64,000 nucleotides of DNA, taken from a virus. The DNA is taken from positions 38,083 to 102,082 of the IMG/VR virus record IMGVR_UViG_3300046535_000869; one strand, given 5' to 3'. Positions 59,038-64,000 of this stretch are shown here, piece after piece. Both the position numbers and the translations under genes were made by a program. Under the pieces are notes generated by a model. It saw nothing but the letters and a program-made list of their open reading frames with translations. It searched no databases and was not told where the DNA came from. Each line of letters begins with the position of its first letter. Position 1 is the stretch's first letter.

Positions 59038-61896
59038 TCATCGGAGCAGCTCCTGAATGGCCCTGAGCTTCTCGGCGCTGTGACACTGACGGACCGCGTC
59101 GACGATCTTGCCGATCTCGTCGTGGACGAAGACCGCCGAGTCGACCTGCTCAGCCGACGTGTAGATCTCCCGATTCTTGCCGTACAAGTTCGCGCCTCGC
59201 AGGAGCAGCGTCTTCTTGTCGACCTTCAGCGCGTCCGAGTATTCGCCGTCCAGGAGCCAGCTCGCCTTCGTCTCGGCCGTGATGACGTGCGCGACGAAGG
59301 ACGACCGGAAGTCCGGCCCGCCGCCCTTGTCCTTATAGACCCGGACGTTTCCGTCCCAGACCCAGACCGTGTCGCCGATCTTCATTTGCCGCCTCCCGTC
59401 TCCAGGCCGACCATCCCGCCCGCGACCGCCTCAGCCAGCTTGACCATCAGCGCGCCGACCTCGTCGCCGCTGCCGGTCGTCAGGACGAACCCAGGCTGCG
59501 GCTTGCCCATCGAGTCCTTCGCAGCCAGGACGCGCAGCCGGAAGAACCGCGCCGGGAGCCTGCACTCGTCAATCTCGACCGCCTGGCCGTCGCCGTCCTC
59601 GCGGTCCTTCTCGAACCGCGCCACGGTCTGCCAGTCGCCGTGCGAGAACTTGCCGACCTTGAGGTAGCGCTTCCCGAACAGCGCGCGGTCGCGCGGGTCG
59701 GGTTCGTACAGGCCAGCCATCGGACCATCGTGAAGATGGCGGCTCATCGCGTCACCGTCCGACGTCCGGTCAGGACGTTCACGACTTCGACGCCCTTGCC
59801 GAACGCTGCCGACATCTCGAACATCTCTTCCTCGGACGGCTCGACCGCCTCGCGCTGCCGGAGGTCGGCGACGATGGCCGCAGTGTAGACGCGCCGGGCC
59901 TGGTCCTGGACCGCCGGGCGGAAGATCGCTACCCCGTCTGCGGTCGAGCGCTCCGCGCCGTGAACCTTGGCGTCGAAGATGACCAGGCCGTCGGCCTCGG
60001 CGTGCGCGCGCGCGTCCTCGGCGAATAGCGGCGCGTCGTTTGACTTCCATCGGTAGACACCCTCGGCGTCGTAGTAGCTCTCGAACTGGAGGCTGCGATT
60101 CGCGTGCAGGTCTTGGTTTTTCATCGTCGTCATCTCCGTGAACCTTGTCAGCGTTCGTGCTGACCAGGGAATGATAAGACAAAAGGAATCCGCTGTCAAC
60201 TACTTTCTTCGGCCCAGGTGCTCTTCGAGGAACCGGACCCGCGCGACCGCCTCCCGCTTCAGGTCGTAGTCGCCGTCGACGACGCCGTCGATGAGGACGA
60301 CCCAGCGCCAGCGCCCGGCCGAGACGTAGGTCCGGTTGCCGCGCTCGGTCACGGCCTCGTTCCCGTCCCACTCCTTCGCGACGGTGAACTTCGCGCCGGT
60401 TCGCATTTCCTTCACCAGCCCAGTCGCCATCAGCGTGCCTCCGGCTGAACCGCGACCGGCTCCGCGCATCGAGGACATGGAATCGAGACCAGGTCGGCCG
60501 GGACGACGACCAGCCGGGTCGCGAACCCGCACTGGCAGACGACCCGGCCCAGACGCAGGACGGAGGCCATCAGGCCCTCCCGTCCAGGACCGCCGCCGCG
60601 CGCTCCAACTGCTTCGCCGCCGAGTGGCGGACTTCCCAGGACTCCTGCCGGGCCTGGTCGACCAGCCGGACGGCTTCCTGCCGACCCTTCGAGACGATCT
60701 CCGCCGCCTCGGCCTTCGCCGCCGCGAGCAGGTCGAACGCCTCCCGCCGGGCCTGCGCTGGCATCGTCGGGTCGGGCGTCACGTCGTTCGTGATGTCCGC
60801 GACGAAGCTCGCCCGGTTCTCGGCCAGCCAGGGTCCCAGGTAGGACTCGGTCCCGAACGCCCGGATGGTCTTGTCCAGCAGCTTGATCTCGTCGGCTTTC
60901 ATCATCGTCGTCGCCTCCTGGTGTCCGCCGGAATTGGCTGACCAGAGAATGATATGTTCAATGGAACCTGATGTCAACAGGAAAATGAGACCCGGCGAAA
61001 ATAATTCGCTCGGGCCTCCGGGCCTACCGCGCACCGTGCCTGCCGCCTCCCTTCCTGATGGGCCGACCTGGCAACCAGTCGCCTTCAGCGCCGACCTTCG
61101 GTTCAGCCTCTGGGTTCGCCCGCTCAGCCGCCAGCTTGTCCGCTTGGTACCTGGCCTTCGCCGAACGACTGCGGATCTTGGTCGTCAGGGCCTCCCGCTG
61201 CCGCGCGATGATCGTCGACACGCTCGGCGGAAGGTGAACCCGCTGCAGGCCCTCCGGCCCGGTGATGGTCACGAACACAATGTCGCCGACCTCCGGGACC
61301 CGGAACGTCTCGACGATGTAGGACCGGACGCCGCCGATGCCCATCAGGTTGGCCTCGGTCTTGGTCGACGGCCCAGCGTGCGCGAAGCCCTGCGCCTGGC
61401 CGTACGCGCGGTCGAAGGCGTCCGGCTGGTGCTCGGTGAAGTGTCGCTCGGTCTCGTTCTTGGTCGTCATCGTCTCCTCCGGTCTCTGGTGAATCCCGCC
61501 GGACGGTTGTCGCCCGGCGGGCCTAGCCTACCATCGCTTCATCCTGCCCTCCTTCCTGGAGCCGAGCCTCCCGGCTCAGGCCCCGATTGCCACGTAGTAG
61601 CCTGCCGCCTGCACGCGGTAGGTGACCCGTCCACCGCGCGCGCGCATCGGTGTCATCGTCGGCACGGACCCGGTGAAGAAAATCACCGCCTCGCGCACGC
61701 CGAGCAGGTCGCGGTCGTTGTCGAGGACCACGTCCGCGTCGATGGCGAGCTTCCAGTTCTCCCGGTTCTCGACCTGCTTGAAGTAGGACGCCAGCTCCTT
61801 GCGCGTCCATTCCATCGACCCGTTCTTGGCCGCGACCAGGTTGTCGAACTCGGCCATCTCGGCGTTCAGGGCTTCGATTTGCGTCATCTGGGTCAT
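59038..61896 (-). CDS. Series of small hypothetical ORFs (59038-59385, 59382-59747, 59744-60133, 60200-60430, 60570-60905, 61024-61470, 61576-61896)
   Basis: Promoter cassettes, SD motifs and coupled overlaps. Confidence 0.6.
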
Positions 61897-61983
61897 CGTC
61901 GTCTCCGGGTCTGTTGGGCCAGCGTTCGTGCTGACCAGTGAATGATAAGATAAAGCGTTGAGCATGTCAACAACTATCTTCAA

Positions 61984-62433
61984 CTAAATCACGAACCCGC
62001 CGCGCGCCGCCAGCTCCCGGACCGCCCGCTCGTACCGTGGCTTCAGGCTCAGCGGGAGGCCCGGCGTCTCCAGGTGGTCCGCCAGGTCGGCACGCTTGAC
62101 CTCGATGGCCAGCTCGTCGCCGCTCGTCGCCAGGACGCTGATGTACATCCCGTAGGTCGTGAAGCCCTCCGGCCTGGTCAGCTTACGGACCGCCGCGACG
62201 ACCTCGGCGCTGATGCCGACGCTCGCCAGGTACTCCAGGGTGATGTCGGTGTCCTCGACGACGTCGTGGAGCCAGGCCGCTGCCTTGGCCTTGTCGCCGC
62301 TCACGCGGGCGACGACGCGCTCGACGTGCAGGATGTAGTCGTGGCCGGTCGCGTCGACCTGGTTCGTGTGGGCGTCGCGCGCGATCTCTTCGGCCAGCGC
62401 CAGCTCGTTCTTCGTTGTCATCATCATCTCCAT
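61984..62433 (-). CDS. HD-domain small alarmone hydrolase-like (RelA/SpoT HD, Mesh1-like)
   Basis: AH..Q....G..YI.H...V...AAWLHDVVEDT...V..LT...VKRADL. Confidence 0.85.
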   Translation of the reverse strand: MEMMMTTKNELALAEEIARDAHTNQVDATGHDYILHVERVVARVSGDKAKAAAWLHDVVEDTDITLEYLASVGISAEVVAAVRKLTRPEGFTTYGMYISVLATSGDELAIEVKRADLADHLETPGLPLSLKPRYERAVRELAARGGFVI

Positions 62434-62449
62434 ATCCAGAATGATATGC

Positions 62450-63288
62450 TCAACGGCCGGGAGAGTCAAGCCCTTTCTTGGCCAGGGCAAAAATAATCTC
62501 CTGGTGCCGGGCCTCGGCCCAGGCGAGCGCCTTCGCCTTTGAGGCGAAGTGGACGCTGCTCGCGAAGGTCCCGTCGGTGTTGCAGCGTGAGCCGTTTCGA
62601 TACACCCAGTAGATGCCGACCTTCCGGCCGGACTCGACCCGGAGGCCGATGGGACCTCGGACCAGCCAGCGCCCGGACTCGGCCAGCGCCACGTACCCGT
62701 AGGGAGATTTGAGCCAGGTCATCATCGCCTCCTAGTCGTGATCCATCTCGTCGCGCCGGACCTCGGCCGCGACCCGCGCGTCCATCTCCTCGAACGTCTC
62801 GCCAGGCCAGGTGCCGCCATCCTGGCAGGACTCGACGCTGACGAGCGCGCCGCAGGCCAGGCAGGACGTGACGTGCTCGCTGCCGTCGCAGTTCGTGACG
62901 GCGTCCTCATGCCCGCAGGCCAGCGGTGACCCGCCCTGCTGTGTGGGCTTGTGGCCCGCGACGAACAGCTCGATGTAGTCCAGGTCGCCCTCGATGTCGA
63001 ACACGAACTGGTCCTCCAGGGGCATCTGGGCCTTGTCGCCGACCATAACCACCGTCCCGCAGCCGCATGAGCAGGTTGTCGTATCCATCGTCGTCATCTC
63101 CCTTATTTGCGCCCGGTGTTGAACATTTCCAGGTCCTTGACGTCCTCGCGCTGACGGAGGATCTGGTGGAGCTGCCGAGCCGCCATGAAGCCCCTCGGCC
63201 CGGTGAACGCCTGGCGGACATCGTCGTCGTTCTCGTCGAGGAACCGGACGACCCAACCGCGCTCGCCGCTCTGTGTTCGCGTGTCCAT
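62450..63288 (-). CDS. Three small hypothetical ORFs (62450-62725, 62732-63097, 63103-63288)
   Basis: SD or leaderless starts. Confidence 0.55.
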
Positions 63289-63705
63289 GTGTGAGATGAT
63301 AGGATAAACGCAGGAGTGAGTCAAGCACTATCTTGGGGTCAGCCAAAAATAAATGACGCGGACGGGAAGGCGGTCGACAACGACCGTGGTCCGGGGCGAA
63401 CCACGTTCCCAGCGCTGCTCCGCCTCGCCCGCCCGCGCCAACTTGCGCCCGACTTTCGCCGGGCAAGCTTTACCAGGTCTTCTGGATGGTCACGCCGTAG
63501 TCCAAGCCGCCAGCCCAGGGATGGTCGATGTAGGGAGCCAGGACCCAGGCGTCCGGGTCATCCGTCATCCGCATGGCCGCGACGACCCGTACGCCGTCCT
63601 GGTTGACCACCGTGACGAACGCGCCACGGTGACCCGCCGGGATGCTCGTGTCGAGCGCCAGGGCCTCCTGGACCGCCTTGGTGACGTCCTCCGGGCCGAA
63701 CGCCA

Positions 63706-64000
63706 CTAGGCTCCGACCGTCGCGAGGCCGACCTCCAGCGCCGCGAACACGTACCAGTACTGCGTCAGCACGCTCTCCGGGAGCAGGCTGTACAGCTTCT
63801 CCAGGCAGGTCCGCACGATCTGCCCGTAGTTCTGCCCGGCGATATCCGCCGCCAGCGCGGCCTGGGCCTCACTGATGGCGACCAGGACAGCCGGGTTGAC
63901 GTTCGACTGGTGCGACAGGATGCCAGCCAGCGCCGCCAGCCCGTTCGTCAGCGACTGCGCGACCTGGGGCGAGACGACCGGCGGACGGTTGCCCGCGCAG
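63706..64000 (-). CDS. Partial hypothetical (possibly lipoprotein) ORF entering from beyond the window, followed by 63470-63706
   Basis: Open frame ...CAGNRPPVVSPQVAQSL...ATVGA* with stop at 63706-63708. Confidence 0.45.
   Translation of the reverse strand, partial: CAGNRPPVVSPQVAQSLTNGLAALAGILSHQSNVNPAVLVAISEAQAALAADIAGQNYGQIVRTCLEKLYSLLPESVLTQYWYVFAALEVGLATVGA

Larger units (their letters stand above)
20637..63324 (-). promoter_or_regulatory. Family of 19 near-consensus sigma70 promoters TTGAC(A/T)-N17/18-TATCAT
   Basis: -10 boxes (plus-strand ATGATA) at 20637, 25942 (TAAACT variant), 42245, 44684, 45076, 47318, 47835, 50629, 52322, 53055, 54522, 55040, 57865, 58748, 60171, 60949, 61942, 62441, 63296. 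Many have an AAAATAGTTG upstream element. Confidence 0.9.

Noticed and set aside
63345-63440. tRNA-like branched structure
   Set aside because: Several stems, but no D/T-loop consensus. It is followed by a T-tract on the minus strand, so more likely a terminator.
3943-63875. Most long plus-strand ORFs overlapping minus-strand genes (e.g. 50634..52130, 39797..41077, 30914..31936)
   Set aside because: Antisense shadows typical of high-GC DNA, with no motifs or initiation signals.

Overview
High-GC segment of a large tailed dsDNA bacteriophage (or prophage), almost entirely encoded on the minus strand. No integrase, capsid gene, tRNA or canonical CRISPR array was seen. In window order: (1) 1-11.7 kb, virion/surface proteins (a mucin-like SPSASV-repeat protein, beta-helix and G8 proteins) next to five glycosyltransferases and a SAM methyltransferase; (2) 11.7-23.7 kb, a portal-MuF fusion, about 20 small ORFs, terminase large and small subunits and a ParB-DNA methylase; (3) 23.8-42 kb, DNA metabolism (SF2 helicase, dUTPase, MTase, primase-SF3 helicase, exonuclease, annealing protein); (4) 42-63 kb, an early/host-takeover-like region of small genes, with most of the window's 19 near-consensus sigma70 promoter cassettes (many leaderless). 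The standout is 29.6-31.4 kb: a stand-alone Cas7/RAMP-like gene followed 5 nt after its stop by a ~1.13 kb non-coding array. The array has strict 5-nt periodicity (GGY + variable NN) and is cut by GGCA punctuation into about 23 units of 5n+4 nt. It is a candidate non-CRISPR RNA-guided system. All protein family calls come from motif recognition by eye, not database searches.
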